A stretch of DNA of 64,000 nucleotides from an uncultured Verrucomicrobiae bacterium (GCA_963795955.1 CAWCJK010000010.1:37367-101366); one strand, 5' to 3'; counted from the stretch's first letter, positions 52,354 to 62,524 are shown. The notes: generated from the sequence alone by a model not told the origin. Numbers and translations: made by a program.

Positions 52354-52938
52354 TCAGCCCTCGTCCGCTGTCGCCAGCACACGATAAAAACTCAACGCAG
52401 CATCACCCTGCTCCAGCACCCGGTAGTGCCGCAGCGCCCCAAGGCGCTCCGGGGGGACGTGCTTGCGTCCATGCTCCGCCACCACCACAGCACCCTCCGC
52501 AAGCAGCGCCCGGTGGTGCTCACCCAAAACACCTAGCGCCGCTGCATACTCCGCAGCCGCCTCATACGGCGGATCCAAAAACACCACATCGAACGGCTCG
52601 CGCCCAGCGGATGCCGCAGCGTCCTCTAACGCCCGCGCAGCCGAACGACTCTCAAGCTGAAATCTGTCAACGATCTTCAACGCCGCCAGGTTCGCCCGAA
52701 TCGCCGCCAGTGCCGCCGGAGCACGTTCAACAAAGAGGCAGAACGCCGCTCCCCGGCTCAACGCCTCAATCCCCACCGCACCGGAACCCGCGTACAGATC
52801 CGCAAACCGCGCGCCCGCCACCCGTGGCCCCAGCACGTTGAACAGCGTCTCGCGCAGCCGGTCGCTGGTGGGACGGGTGGCCATTCCGTGCGGCGCGACC
52901 AGCCGCCGCGACCGGAACTCCCCACCGATCACCCGCAT
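52354..52938 (-). CDS. rsmD: 16S rRNA (guanine966-N2)-methyltransferase RsmD.
   Basis: 'MRVIGGEFRSRRLVAPHGMATRPTSDRLRETLFN...FADLYAGSGAVGIEALSRGA...VFLDPPY'. Confidence 0.85.
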   Translation of the reverse strand: MRVIGGEFRSRRLVAPHGMATRPTSDRLRETLFNVLGPRVAGARFADLYAGSGAVGIEALSRGAAFCLFVERAPAALAAIRANLAALKIVDRFQLESRSAARALEDAAASAGREPFDVVFLDPPYEAAAEYAAALGVLGEHHRALLAEGAVVVAEHGRKHVPPERLGALRHYRVLEQGDAALSFYRVLATADEG

Positions 52939-53006
52939 ACCCGCCTCATCACTTCCTCGAGCATATCCGCACAGCCGTCGAGCCCCGAACGCCTACAATC
53001 AGACTC

Positions 53007-54167
53007 GTGCTGCAGATGGCGATTCCCTTCGGGCGATGGTTCGGCGTGCATGTTCGCGTCCATCTCTCCTTCTTTCTCTTGCTCGCGCTCTCCGCCGGCT
53101 ACTCCGAAGTAGCTACCGGCTCCATGCTTCGCGGCTTCGCTCTTTGGCTCGCGCTCTGCGCCGCCGTGCTCGTACGTGAGGTGGCGCGCGCCATCGCCGC
53201 CGCGTATGCGGGCGTCCCGCTCCGGGCCGTGTTTCTGCTGCCGTTCGGCGGCGTCATGGCGCTCGAATCCCGCGAAGGCGGTCTGCCCAAATCCAGCCAG
53301 CGCCTCATCGCGCTCACAGGCTCCTTTGCGAACATCGGCGCCGCGCTCCTGCTGCTCGGCTTCGCCTACGGCGTTGACCCCGCCGTCTCCCTGCTCCGCC
53401 AGCCCTGGATCACCATCGAGCACATCCTTCGCAGCGCGGTCTGGCTGCAGGCAGCCATCGGCTTCGTCAACCTTCTGCCGACCAAGAACCTGCCCTTCCC
53501 CCGCTCTTTGCCGCGCCGCGCCCCAAAGCCCGCGCCCGACGCCGCGCAACCCGACGCCCATCCCGGCGCGGCACCAAGCCCAGGCCTGCCCACCGGCATG
53601 CCCGTCCGCCGCCCCGCGTTCGGTCTCCTCACCGCGCTCGCGCTGGCACTCATCCTGTCCGGCTTCCTGCTGCAGATGCTCTGGCCCGTGCTGCTCGGCG
53701 TCACCATCCTGTTCATCAACTACGTCAGCCGCCTCGCCGCGATCGGCGGCGCCGACTCTTCGGCGCTCACCGTGCGAGACGTGATGCTCACCGAGTTCAC
53801 ACCCCTGCACGCCTCCGGCACCCTGCGCGACGGCCTGCGCCGCGCCATGCACACCCTGCAGGACTCCTTCCCCGTCGTGCGCGGCGACCGCCTGGTCGGC
53901 TGGATCTCCCGCAACGCCCTCGCTATGCGCCTCCAGGCCGAAGGCGACAGCTACCTTCAGGGCTCCATGGTCCGTACCCTGCAGATCGCCAGCCCCGACG
54001 AAAAGCTCTCCGACGCCCTCCGCCGCGCCGCCGCCCTCGGCGCCAGCGAGTTCATCCCCGTCGTCGAGGACGGCGCCATGATCGGCATGCTGACCCCCTC
54101 CAGCCTCGAACGCGCCGTCGGCCAGGTCCGCCTCGCCCAGCCTCAACCGCAGCGGAGCGACGCGTGA
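53007..54167 (+). CDS. Site-2-protease-like (M50-family) membrane protein with a C-terminal CBS pair.
   Basis: Multi-TM N-terminal half and a C-terminal tandem CBS ('VRDVMLTEFTPLHASGTLRDGLRRAM...', '...SDALRRAAALGASEFIPVVEDGAMIGMLT'). The metal-binding HExxH is not evident. Confidence 0.6.
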   Translation: MLQMAIPFGRWFGVHVRVHLSFFLLLALSAGYSEVATGSMLRGFALWLALCAAVLVREVARAIAAAYAGVPLRAVFLLPFGGVMALESREGGLPKSSQRLIALTGSFANIGAALLLLGFAYGVDPAVSLLRQPWITIEHILRSAVWLQAAIGFVNLLPTKNLPFPRSLPRRAPKPAPDAAQPDAHPGAAPSPGLPTGMPVRRPAFGLLTALALALILSGFLLQMLWPVLLGVTILFINYVSRLAAIGGADSSALTVRDVMLTEFTPLHASGTLRDGLRRAMHTLQDSFPVVRGDRLVGWISRNALAMRLQAEGDSYLQGSMVRTLQIASPDEKLSDALRRAAALGASEFIPVVEDGAMIGMLTPSSLERAVGQVRLAQPQPQRSDA

Positions 54168-55137
54168 CGGTCGCCGACCCCGGCGACGCCGCCCCGGCCA
54201 CCGCGCACAGATACCGCGCCAGATACCGGCCCTGAACAACAAAGCCCGGACCCTCCGCTCGCGCCCGGCCTCTACCTCGTCGCCACACCCATCGGCAACC
54301 TCGAGGACATCACCCTCCGCGCCCTCCGCGTCCTCCGCTCCGCCGACCGCATCGCCTGCGAAGACACCCGCCAGACCCAAAAGCTCCTCAACCACTTCGG
54401 CATTCGCAAGCCCACCGTCAGCTACCACCTCCACAACGAGCAAGGCCGCGCCGAAGAGCTAGTCGAAGCCCTACGCCAGGGCGCCCGCATCGCCGTAGTC
54501 AGCGACGCCGGCATGCCCGGCATCGCCGACCCCGGCGAAACCCTCGCCCGCGCCGCCATCGACGCCGGCATCCCCGTATTTCCCATTCCCGGAGCCAACG
54601 CCGCCCTGAGCGCCCTCATCGCCAGCGGCCTAAGCCCCGAGCGCTTCACCTTCCACGGCTTTCTACCGGCCAAAGAAGGCCAGCGCCGCACCACGCTCGA
54701 ACGCGTACTCGACGAACTCCGGACCCAACCCGACCAGCCCGCGCCCACGCAGGTCTTCTACGAAACACCGCACCGCATCCTCGAAGCGCTCACCGACATC
54801 GCGGCGCTCTTCGGCCCCACGCACCGCATCGCCTTGGCCCGCGAACTCACCAAGCTCCACGAAGAGTTCCTCCGCGGCCCCGTCTCTGAAGTCCTCACCA
54901 CCCTGCAATCCCGCCCCGCCATCCGCGGCGAAATGGTCCTGCTCCTCGACGGCCGCGTCGTCCACCGAAGCCGCGCGGGAGCACCGCGCGCCCGGCTCCC
55001 GACACATCGCCGAGGAGGTCCGCTCGCTGCATGTCCGCGAAGGCCTAAGCGAAAAGGACGCCCTGAAACGCGTAGCAAAAACCCGAGGCCTCGGCAAAAG
55101 CGAGGCCTACCGCGAATGGCAGCGCGCCCGCCGCTGA
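54164..55137 (+). pseudogene. rsmI: 16S rRNA (cytidine1402-2'-O)-methyltransferase RsmI, with frameshifts near 54230 and 54960.
   Basis: 'LYLVATPIGNLEDITLRALRVLRSADRIACEDTRQTQKLL...VVSDAGMPGIADPG...' is the tetrapyrrole-methylase fold of RsmI. The GTG start at 54164 overlaps the upstream TGA. The C-terminus 'EHRAPGSRHIAEEVRSLHVREGLS' is in another frame. Confidence 0.8.
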
Positions 55138-55276
55138 GCACCAATCGTTAGGAGATGACGGTGGTGTGCGGCCACCGAAGGGCATGCCAACCGTCCGCTC
55201 CGCGTTCCAACACGAGCAGCGCGAGGGCGCGGCCGCGCCCTTAGCGATGGCGCCTCCGCAACCCCTACGTCTCGCG

Positions 55277-55703
55277 CCCTACCAGCCGGTCATAGAGGTA
55301 CACATCGCTCGTCGTCCCAATCGACTCGTTATAAAGCACCAACTGCCCGATAGCTTCCTTGAACTCCTGCTCAAACCGGTGCAGCGCCCGCAGATGATCC
55401 GCCGTCGCCGGCACCTGCAGCTTGGCCGTGCCTCAGAAACTTCTGGTACCCGCGGTCCACAATGCGCGAGATCTCGCCGCCAAGCACCCAGCCCGGCCGA
55501 GCCATCACCCGCACCGGCGATCCCTTGATCTCTCCCGGCGCAATCTCCGCCGCGCAGCCATACTTCGACACCCGCCGCGCACCCGCAATGCCCTTTGCCT
55601 CCGCCCCGGTCGCCGACGACACGTCAAAGCGCTCGTTCCCCAGCGTCGAAAGCACCTGGTCAAAGGTCAGTTCCTGTTTTTGCCTGTTGATCTTCTGTCG
55701 CAT
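55277..55703 (-). pseudogene. Hypothetical protein (about 140 aa) divergent from cysM, with one frameshift.
   Basis: ORF 55371..55703 plus a continuation ('...ADHLRALHRFEQEFKEAIGQLVLYNESIGTTSDVYLYDRLVGRET') in another frame ending near 55277. No confident family. Confidence 0.3.
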
Positions 55704-55836
55704 CGCGTTCTTTGGACTCCAGGGCCATCGACCCGCGCGTTTGGAACCGCTGGTCTACACTCGCATCTAAACTCTCGCACACCGCCGCGCACAGGTTCAA
55801 TGCAACCGCCGTCGGTGGCTGCGGAAGGATGGACCT

Positions 55837-56897
55837 ATGACGGACCTCGCGCCTCCCACGCCCGCAAAGACCTCAGCCAGCGCCGTCGCTGGAGCCGCAG
55901 CCAGCACCAAGCTCGGCACCTCGCTGCTGGACCGCGTCGGAAACACCCCGCTCATCCGCCTCGACCGGCTGACCGCAACACCTCCCGGGCATCACCATCC
56001 TCGGCAAAGCCGAGTGGGCCAACCCCGGCGGCAGCGTCAAAGACCGCGCCGCCTCCGCCATCGTCTCCGATGCCCAGCGCAAAGGCCAACTCACCCCCGG
56101 CAAGACTCTGCTCGACGCGACCAGCGGCAACACCGGCATCGCCTACGCCATGCTCGGCGCCGCCCAGGGCTTCCCCGTCACGCTCTGCATGCCCTCCAAC
56201 GTCAGCCCGGAGCGCAAGCACATCCTCGCCGCCTACGGTGCCGAGATCATCTACACCAACCCCGGCGAAGGCTCCGACGGCGCCATCCGCATGGCCCGCA
56301 AACTCGCCGCCGAGCACCCCGAAAAATACTTCTACGCCGACCAGTACGGCAACGAAAACAACTGGCGCGCCCACTACTACGGCACCGCCAACGAGATCTG
56401 GGAGCAGACCCACGGCCGCCTCACCCATTTCATCGCCGGCCTCGGCACCAGCGGCACCTTCATGGGCACCACCCGCCGCCTCCGCGAGCTCAACCCCGCC
56501 ATCCACTGCTTCTCCATGCAGCCCGACTCGCCCTTCAACGGCCTCGAAGGCCTCAAGCACATGCCCACCGCCATCGTCCCGCCCATCTACGACGAGACAC
56601 CTCGCCGAGCGCAACATCGACATGCCCACCGAGCGCGCCTACGCCATGTGCAAGCGCCTCGCCCAAACCCAGGGCCTGCTCGTAGGCATCTCCGCCGGTG
56701 CCGCCGTCGCCGCCTGCCTCGACGTAGCCGAAGAAGAAGCCCGCGCCGGCCGCGAAGCCATCATCGTCACCATCCTCTGCGACTCCGCCGACAAATACCT
56801 GAGCGAACGCTTCTGGTCAGAACCCACCCCCGAAGCCGCCGCACACGACGCCCTCGACACGCGAACTCTACGCCGGCCAAAACGCCTAGCCAGCTAG
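55837..56897 (+). pseudogene. cysM: Cysteine synthase of the Mycobacterium CysM type (PLP-dependent; the CysO-thiocarboxylate-dependent O-phosphoserine sulfhydrylase subfamily), with frameshifts near 55980 and 56600.
   Basis: 'LLDRVGNTPLIRL...', 'SGNTGIAYAMLGAAQGFPVTLCMPSNVSPERK', 'YADQYGNENNWRAHYYGTANEI', 'AGLGTSGTFMGT', and C-terminal 'GISAGAAVAACLDVA' in a third frame. The QYGN..N...HY.GT and PxxYDE segments resemble Mtb CysM rather than CysK. Confidence 0.75.
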
Positions 56898-56926
56898 CCG
56901 TCGGCACTATCTATCGTCCGCCACGT

Positions 56927-57090
56927 CCCTTTTGGGTTGTCATCCCCGAAGGGGATCTGCCCTTTTGGCTTGTCATCCCCGAAGGGGATCTGCGTTGTTG
57001 TTGCACTTGCTTTCCTTCTGTCATTCCGAAGGGAACCTGCGTCAGCTTTTGCACTAGCTTTTCTTTCTGTCATTCCCGAAGGGAACCTGC
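56927..57090. repeat. Tandem array of four short palindromic (hairpin) repeat units between cysM and the JAMM gene.
   Basis: Units 56927-56960 and 56961-56993 ('CC(C)TTTTGG(G/C)TTGTCATCCCCGAAGGGGATCTGC', stem ATCCCC-GAA-GGGGAT). Units 57001-57040 and 57049-57090 ('TTGCACT(T/A)GCTTT(T)C(T)TTCTGTCATTCC(C)GAAGGGAACCTGC', stem TTCC(C)-GAA-GGGAA). Confidence 0.8.
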
Positions 57091-57116
57091 TTTTCGAACC
57101 TGCAGCGACCAACCAC

Positions 57117-57632
57117 ATGACCACAGTCCACGACTCCAACCACTACGCCGCCCAACGCACCCCACAAACCACCGCGGACATCCCCCTCGCCATCCCCCAA
57201 CCCATCTACAACGCCCTACGCACCCACGGCGAAGAAACCTACCCACACGAGTGCTGCGGGATCCTCCTGGGCCGCTCCACGCCCGAAGCCATCACCATCC
57301 ACGACCTCATCCGAGCCGGCAACACCCGCTCTGACAGCGCCCACAACCGATACAACATCTCCCCCGCCGACCTCATCCGGGCCCAGCGCGAAGCCCGCAC
57401 CCGCTCGCTCGACATCGTAGGCTTCTACCACTCCCACCCCGACCACCCCGCCTTCTGGTCCCCCACCGACCTCGCCGAAGCCCACTGGTACGGCTGCGCC
57501 TACGTCATCACCTCCGTCGACGGCTCCACCCCACCGCCACGCGCCCACACCACCAACAGCTTCCTCCTCACCGGCACCACTGAAGAAGACAAGGCGTTCG
57601 CCAGCCAGGCCATCCGACTCACAGCCGAATAA
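57117..57632 (+). CDS. JAMM/MPN+ (Mov34) family metalloisopeptidase, Mec+-like.
   Basis: 'ETYPHECCGILLG' and 'VGFYHSHPDHPAFWSPTDL' give the complete JAMM motif (E...HxHx7Sx2D). The ORF track's 5' extension translates the repeat array and is not credible. Confidence 0.8.
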   Translation: MTTVHDSNHYAAQRTPQTTADIPLAIPQPIYNALRTHGEETYPHECCGILLGRSTPEAITIHDLIRAGNTRSDSAHNRYNISPADLIRAQREARTRSLDIVGFYHSHPDHPAFWSPTDLAEAHWYGCAYVITSVDGSTPPPRAHTTNSFLLTGTTEEDKAFASQAIRLTAE

Positions 57633-57721
57633 CCGCCCGCGACCTCACCGAAGTGATTGACGCCCAGCCACATCCGCGCCGATAGTGGCTTCGTCAGGAA
57701 TTTGGCACGAGAGGTTCGTCT

Positions 57722-59459
57722 ATGGGCCGGCACTGCCGCCGCGCTGCACTGCTTGCTCTGCTTTCTCTGCCCGCGCTCTCACACGCGCAAAAGTCCCCCG
57801 GCAACACCCTCACCATCAGCACCCGCCTCATCTACGTCGACGTCGTCGTCCGCGACGACTACGGCCGTCCCGCCCAGGGCCTCACCGCCGCCGACTTCTC
57901 CGTCAAAGAAGACGGCCGCCCGCAACAGATCGTCTTCTTCCAGGACAGCGACACCGCCCGCCCCACCCCGTCACCCGCCAGCCCCAGCAACACCAGCACC
58001 ACCACACCCAGCCAACCCGGCATCGAGTTCACCAACGTAGCCCCGGCCAGCGTCACCGACCCCGCCGCCAACGTCATCCTGCTCGACCTCCTCAACACCC
58101 CCGTCACCGACCAGCTCTACGCCATCCGCCAGCTCATCGCCTTCTGCAAAAAGCTGCCGCCCGGCCATCGCTTCGCGCTCTTCCTCCTCACCAATCGCCT
58201 CCACGTCCTGCAAGGCCTCACCGGCAGCTCCGACCAACTGCTCGCCGCCGCCAGCAAGCTCACCGCCAACGACCTCCAGCTCGCCGACTCACGCGACGCT
58301 CGCATGCAGATGGCGGACATCGTCACCGCCTTCGCCAAGGCCATAGGCCCCGACCCGGGCGGTTCCGCCGGCCACATGCGCGCCGAACTGGACAACGAGC
58401 AGGCCGAGAACCTCGCGCAACGCTTCCGCACCACCGGCGACGCCTTCGCCCAGATCGCGCGCGCCGTCTCCGGCTACCCCGGCCGCAAAAACCTCCTCTG
58501 GCTCGCCGAAGACTTCCCCTTCGGCGTCGGCGCGCAGCTTCAAATGGACCGCGCCGACGAGGCCCTCGACGTCCGCGACACCAACAGCCTCGTAGCCAAC
58601 CAGCAGATCGCCCTTTACCCGATCAGCCTCGCCGGCCTGCAAACCGAAGGCGTCGGCGCCGCCTCCAACGGCCAGGGCGAGGTCTCGCTCATCGGCGGCC
58701 CCACCGGTTCAGCCTCCAATCCGCAGGCCAACGACACCCTCCGCGACCAGTTCACGGCCCGCACGTCGATGTACTACGCCATGAACGATCTCGCTCACAA
58801 CACCGGCGGCGAAGCCTTCCATGGCACCAACGACATAGCCGGCAGCATCCGCCGCGCCGTCGACGACGGCTCCCAGTACTACACCCTCGCCTATCGCCCC
58901 TCGAACCAGAAGTCGGACGGCCACCTTCGCGCAGATCAGCATCGCCCTCGCCAGGCACGGCTATCACCTCAGCTATCGCCGCAGCTACCTCGCCACACCC
59001 GAAGCCGACGGCACGCGCGGCGTCGACCTCGAACTCGCCGCCGCCCTGCAGCCCGGCACACTCGACGCCAGCCTGCTCCGTCTCCGCGCCGATCTGGTGC
59101 AGGACCCCGCCAGCCACCACGTCGCCGTCGACATCACGCTTGACGCCAGCGATCTCTCCTACCGCATCGACCCCGCCGGCCATCGCCACACCCAGCTTCT
59201 CGCCGAGCTGATCGCCCTGCCCGCTCCAGGCGCCAACACCAAACCCACCCCGCCCCCACAAACCCAGGCCGTCCTCAACCTCGACCTCGACCCCACCCAA
59301 TACGCCGGCCTGCTCCGCACCGGCCTCCACTTCCGCGAGCAACTCCCCGCCACCTTCGCCAACCAGGACCTCCGCCTCGGCGTAGCCGAAACCAACACCC
59401 ACCGTTTCGGCACCCTGACCATGCCTCGCAACCCCGGCCCAATCACTCCAGCGAATTGA
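57722..59459 (+). pseudogene. VWFA-related acidobacterial-type secreted protein (vWA domain), with a frameshift near 58920.
   Basis: Signal peptide. 'LIYVDVVVRDDYGRPAQGLTAADFSVKEDGRPQQIVFFQ' is the hallmark N-terminus of the Acidobacteria VWFA-related family. The C-terminal roughly 120 aa are in ORF 59097..59459. Confidence 0.7.
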
Positions 59460-59571
59460 ACGCCACGCGCCGATATGGATCCGGCATCGCTCGGCTATCG
59501 GCGCACACCCATATCGAACTTCGATATAAAGTCGCTCCTGCAAGCCCATTCCCGCTCTGAAAGACAGGCGT

Positions 59572-60435
59572 ATGAGGTGCATCCGCAAACCCTCACGTTG
59601 GCTGCTGCTGCTGCTGCTCGCCCTTTGCGCCGTTCCCAACCTTTGGTCGCAAGCCGGTCCTCCCTTCCAGACCGACGATCCAGTCCCGGTCGACTACGGC
59701 CACTATGAGTTCTACGTCTTCGGCGCCGCGGACGGCACACCGGCCGAGATGGACTCCATCGGCCCCGCATTCGAGTTCAATTGGGGCGCTTTGCCGCGGC
59801 TTCAACTCCACGTCATCTTTCCCTTCGGCAGCATTCACCCTTCAAACAACCCCATCTACGCTCCCGGCGGGACCGGCCCCTCCGCCTTCGGCTACACCGA
59901 CACCGAACTGGGCGCAAAGGTCGCCTGGATCAAGGAAGGCAAATACCTCCCTCAGATCGGGTCGTTCACCATGTTTGAACTCCCCACCGGAAACTATGAC
60001 CGCGGCCTCGGGATAGGCCGTGTCTGGTACAAGCTGCCCGTCTGGGCCTACAAAAAGATCGGCTCATGGAGCCTCGACGGCGGCGCCGGCTATGCCATCG
60101 TCCCGCAGACCGGCTATCGCAACTACCCCTACGGCTCCTTCCTGGTCGAGAAGAACGTGAACAAGCGTCTAGATCTTTCCGCCGAAATCTTCGCGCATGC
60201 GCGTGAAGGCTTCGCCGCCGCACAAACAGAAGCCTCGACCATGCTCGATGCCGGCGGCTACTTTCACTTCAACTCGCCGGGCCTGCAGTTACTCTTCGCA
60301 TATGGCCACTCCATCGCGGGCCAGACAGAAAACTACGCCTACCTCGGTCTCTACAAGACCTGGGGCAAAGACAAAGGCAAAGACGCTTCCACTGACACAC
60401 CGCAACCCAGACCACCGGATCCCGGCCAGCACTAG
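59572..60435 (+). CDS. Outer-membrane beta-barrel protein (putative transporter, 'MetA-pathway of phenol degradation'-like family).
   Basis: Signal peptide. 'PPFQTDDPVPVDYGHYEFYV' and alternating amphipathic beta strands ending in an aromatic-rich C-terminal strand. Confidence 0.6.
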   Translation: MRCIRKPSRWLLLLLLALCAVPNLWSQAGPPFQTDDPVPVDYGHYEFYVFGAADGTPAEMDSIGPAFEFNWGALPRLQLHVIFPFGSIHPSNNPIYAPGGTGPSAFGYTDTELGAKVAWIKEGKYLPQIGSFTMFELPTGNYDRGLGIGRVWYKLPVWAYKKIGSWSLDGGAGYAIVPQTGYRNYPYGSFLVEKNVNKRLDLSAEIFAHAREGFAAAQTEASTMLDAGGYFHFNSPGLQLLFAYGHSIAGQTENYAYLGLYKTWGKDKGKDASTDTPQPRPPDPGQH

Positions 60436-60486
60436 CCGCCGCCACAACACCGCACAAGCTGCCATCCAATCACTCCCGGAGAGCCC

Positions 60487-61059
60487 ATGGAGATCACACT
60501 TCGCAGCTTCTGGACCAGTGTTCACGGCCTGGGCTTTGGCGCACTCTATCTCCTCGCCTGTTCCGGCGCGCTCATCGAGTTGTATCGCTTCACTCACCCC
60601 TCCGTCACACATGAACCCGCACCTGCCAGCGCGCGTTTCCTCCGCGCCTACTTGGTCACCATGGCCGTCATCGCCTGGATCACGGTTCTCACCGGAGCCT
60701 ACGTCCTGTACCCGTGGTACCGCGCCGCGCTCCCTCCCGGCACCACCAACCTCGCTCTCTTCCCTCAACGCCTCCTGATGTCCAGTCCCAGGACCATCGG
60801 TTGGCACACCATTGGCATGGAATGGAAAGAGCACGTCGCCTGGTTCGCCCCCATGTCCATCACCATGGTCGCCGTGGTCCTCATCCGCTACGGTCGCGAA
60901 CTAAGGCATCACAAGTCGCTCCGCGCTGCTGTGCTCTGGTTCGCCGCCGCGTCCTTCATCGCCGCGGCTATCGCCGGCTTCTTCGGAGCGATGCTCAATA
61001 AGTACGCCCCCATCCAGGGCGGTCGCACCATGCAGTGGAGCGCCGGACAACACACATGA
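60487..61059 (+). CDS. Hypothetical integral membrane protein (4-5 TM).
   Basis: Intact 190-aa hydrophobic ORF with no family recognised. Confidence 0.5.
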   Translation: MEITLRSFWTSVHGLGFGALYLLACSGALIELYRFTHPSVTHEPAPASARFLRAYLVTMAVIAWITVLTGAYVLYPWYRAALPPGTTNLALFPQRLLMSSPRTIGWHTIGMEWKEHVAWFAPMSITMVAVVLIRYGRELRHHKSLRAAVLWFAAASFIAAAIAGFFGAMLNKYAPIQGGRTMQWSAGQHT

Positions 61060-61403
61060 GCGACTTGAATCAGCCGCCATCCATACACGCCGCCGTTCGA
61101 CGCAATGGCTCAGGCGCTGCCGCCATCCTCGCCACCGCTGTAGGCTGCTTCGCTCTCGCCCTTCTTGCCCTGGTCGCCGATAAGTCTCCCACCTTCAAGA
61201 GCAGCATGATCTTCTACCGGCCCACCGGCCCACTCTCCGGCGTGACATCGGTAGCGATCCTCATCTGGATCGCGCTCTGGCTCTTGCTCGACCTCCGCTG
61301 GAAGAACCGAAGCCTCGCGTTGCGGCCGATCTGCCTGATCTCCTTCGTTCTCCTCGCTCTCAGCTTCCTGCTGACCTTCCCTCCGATAGCGGACCTCTTC
61401 TAA
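61056..61403 (+). CDS. Hypothetical integral membrane protein (about 115 aa, 3 TM), translationally coupled to the upstream gene.
   Basis: 'MSDLNQPP...' start overlaps the upstream stop (ATGA). The protein is hydrophobic. Confidence 0.5.
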   Translation: MSDLNQPPSIHAAVRRNGSGAAAILATAVGCFALALLALVADKSPTFKSSMIFYRPTGPLSGVTSVAILIWIALWLLLDLRWKNRSLALRPICLISFVLLALSFLLTFPPIADLF

Positions 61404-61539
61404 GCCTTCGGACAATCGGCGTTCGTCGGATCGCACGCCGTCGGGTGGCGAAACGAACCACAGTGGATCTTCAACAACGGGTTAAGCCGATCCTCTACAC
61501 TGACTGCGCCAAACTCTCGCCCCCAAAAGGCCGTCCTGC

Positions 61540-62367
61540 ATGCGTCTACCCGCCCTCACCCTGCTTACCTGCTCCTTCGCGTTCGCAACCATCGCTTGCG
61601 CCCAGCAATCGGCATCGGCCACGCTCACGCCCGACCAGCAAACCCAATTAGAAGCCGCGAAGAAGGACTTCAACGCCGCTCACTGGTCCGAGGCCGTCAC
61701 AGAGTTGAAGGCCCTGCACGCCGCCGTTCCCACAAACGCCGACGTCGCGAAGTTCGCCGCCGAAGCGTCCCTGAACAGCAACGACCCCGCCACCGCACTC
61801 ACGCTCCTCCAGCCCATCGCGGAAGCCTCGCCCGACGACTGGCAGGCGCACGCGCTGCTCGCCCGCGCCTACGCCGAATCACACCAGGACGCAAAGCGCG
61901 ACGCCGCACTCCAACAACTCCTCGCGCTCCACAAAACCACAACGGACGTCCACTTCCAGCAACTCACGCAATTCATGGTCGAAAGGGTCGCGCTGCCCTC
62001 CGGCCGCCTCGACATCTTCTACTCGCTCGTGCCCTGGAGCCGCTACAACATCTACGAGATGGCGCGCGCCTACAACGCTTCAGGTCAGCAGACCATGCGC
62101 ATCACCCTGGAGAGCAACGATGCCGACCAGGCACTCTGGGCGCAGAAACACGCCAAGGAAGCCGCTGCCGGCATGCGCGAGTTCTCCATGGACGGCTACA
62201 CAGAACAGGTAAGCACGACAGGCGAACACACCCAGAGCCACATCACCTTCGGCTTCTTCGACGGCCAGCCCAGCTACGCGACCGTGCGCGACCGCATGGT
62301 CGCCATAGCCTCCGGAAAGGGCAACCCCATCAGTTCCACCAGCGGCATCCATCCCCAGAGCCAGTAA
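61540..62367 (+). CDS. Hypothetical secreted protein with an N-terminal TPR-like helical region.
   Basis: Signal peptide 'MRLPALTLLTCSFAFATIACAQQ'. Helical repeats. Intact 275 aa. Confidence 0.5.
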   Translation: MRLPALTLLTCSFAFATIACAQQSASATLTPDQQTQLEAAKKDFNAAHWSEAVTELKALHAAVPTNADVAKFAAEASLNSNDPATALTLLQPIAEASPDDWQAHALLARAYAESHQDAKRDAALQQLLALHKTTTDVHFQQLTQFMVERVALPSGRLDIFYSLVPWSRYNIYEMARAYNASGQQTMRITLESNDADQALWAQKHAKEAAAGMREFSMDGYTEQVSTTGEHTQSHITFGFFDGQPSYATVRDRMVAIASGKGNPISSTSGIHPQSQ

Positions 62368-62524
62368 CTTCGCGTCGATTCGCACCTCGCCGCATCCAAA
62401 TGCGGGAAGGTGATAATCAGCCCATCCACCTGACCCAACTCGAGTGGTTTGCCGCCCGCGCTGACCAAAGGCCGCCGGTGCTTGAAGGCCGCGCGAAGTT
62501 CGTGCCCCTCAGAGATCACGAAAT

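Noticed and set aside
56927-57090. Repeat array considered as a CRISPR locus.
   Set aside because: There are only four units. The repeat copies are not identical, the 'spacers' are 8-22 nt, and there are no cas genes and no leader. It is better explained as a REP/MITE-like hairpin element or a structured intergenic RNA.
56937-57116. N-terminal extension of the JAMM protein predicted by the ORF track ('MSSPKGICPFGLSSPKGIC...').
   Set aside because: The extension is a translation of the tandem palindromic repeats. The conserved JAMM protein begins at the ATG at 57117 ('MTTVHDS').
57685-59211. 508-aa plus-strand ORF overlapping the VWFA gene in another frame, and similar long R/P-rich ORFs (19289..20455 alternate-frame parts, 29964..31073 antisense to the P450, 63097..63993 antisense to the DUF2846-like and esterase-like genes, 19122..19985 antisense to amiC).
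   Set aside because: Low-complexity Arg/Pro/His-rich translations lie opposite or out of frame with genes that have clear homology. These are GC-bias artefacts.
62274-62519. 81-aa minus-strand ORF overlapping the 3' end of the TPR-like gene.
   Set aside because: It overlaps a better-supported plus-strand gene by about 90 nt and has no recognisable features. It is probably spurious.
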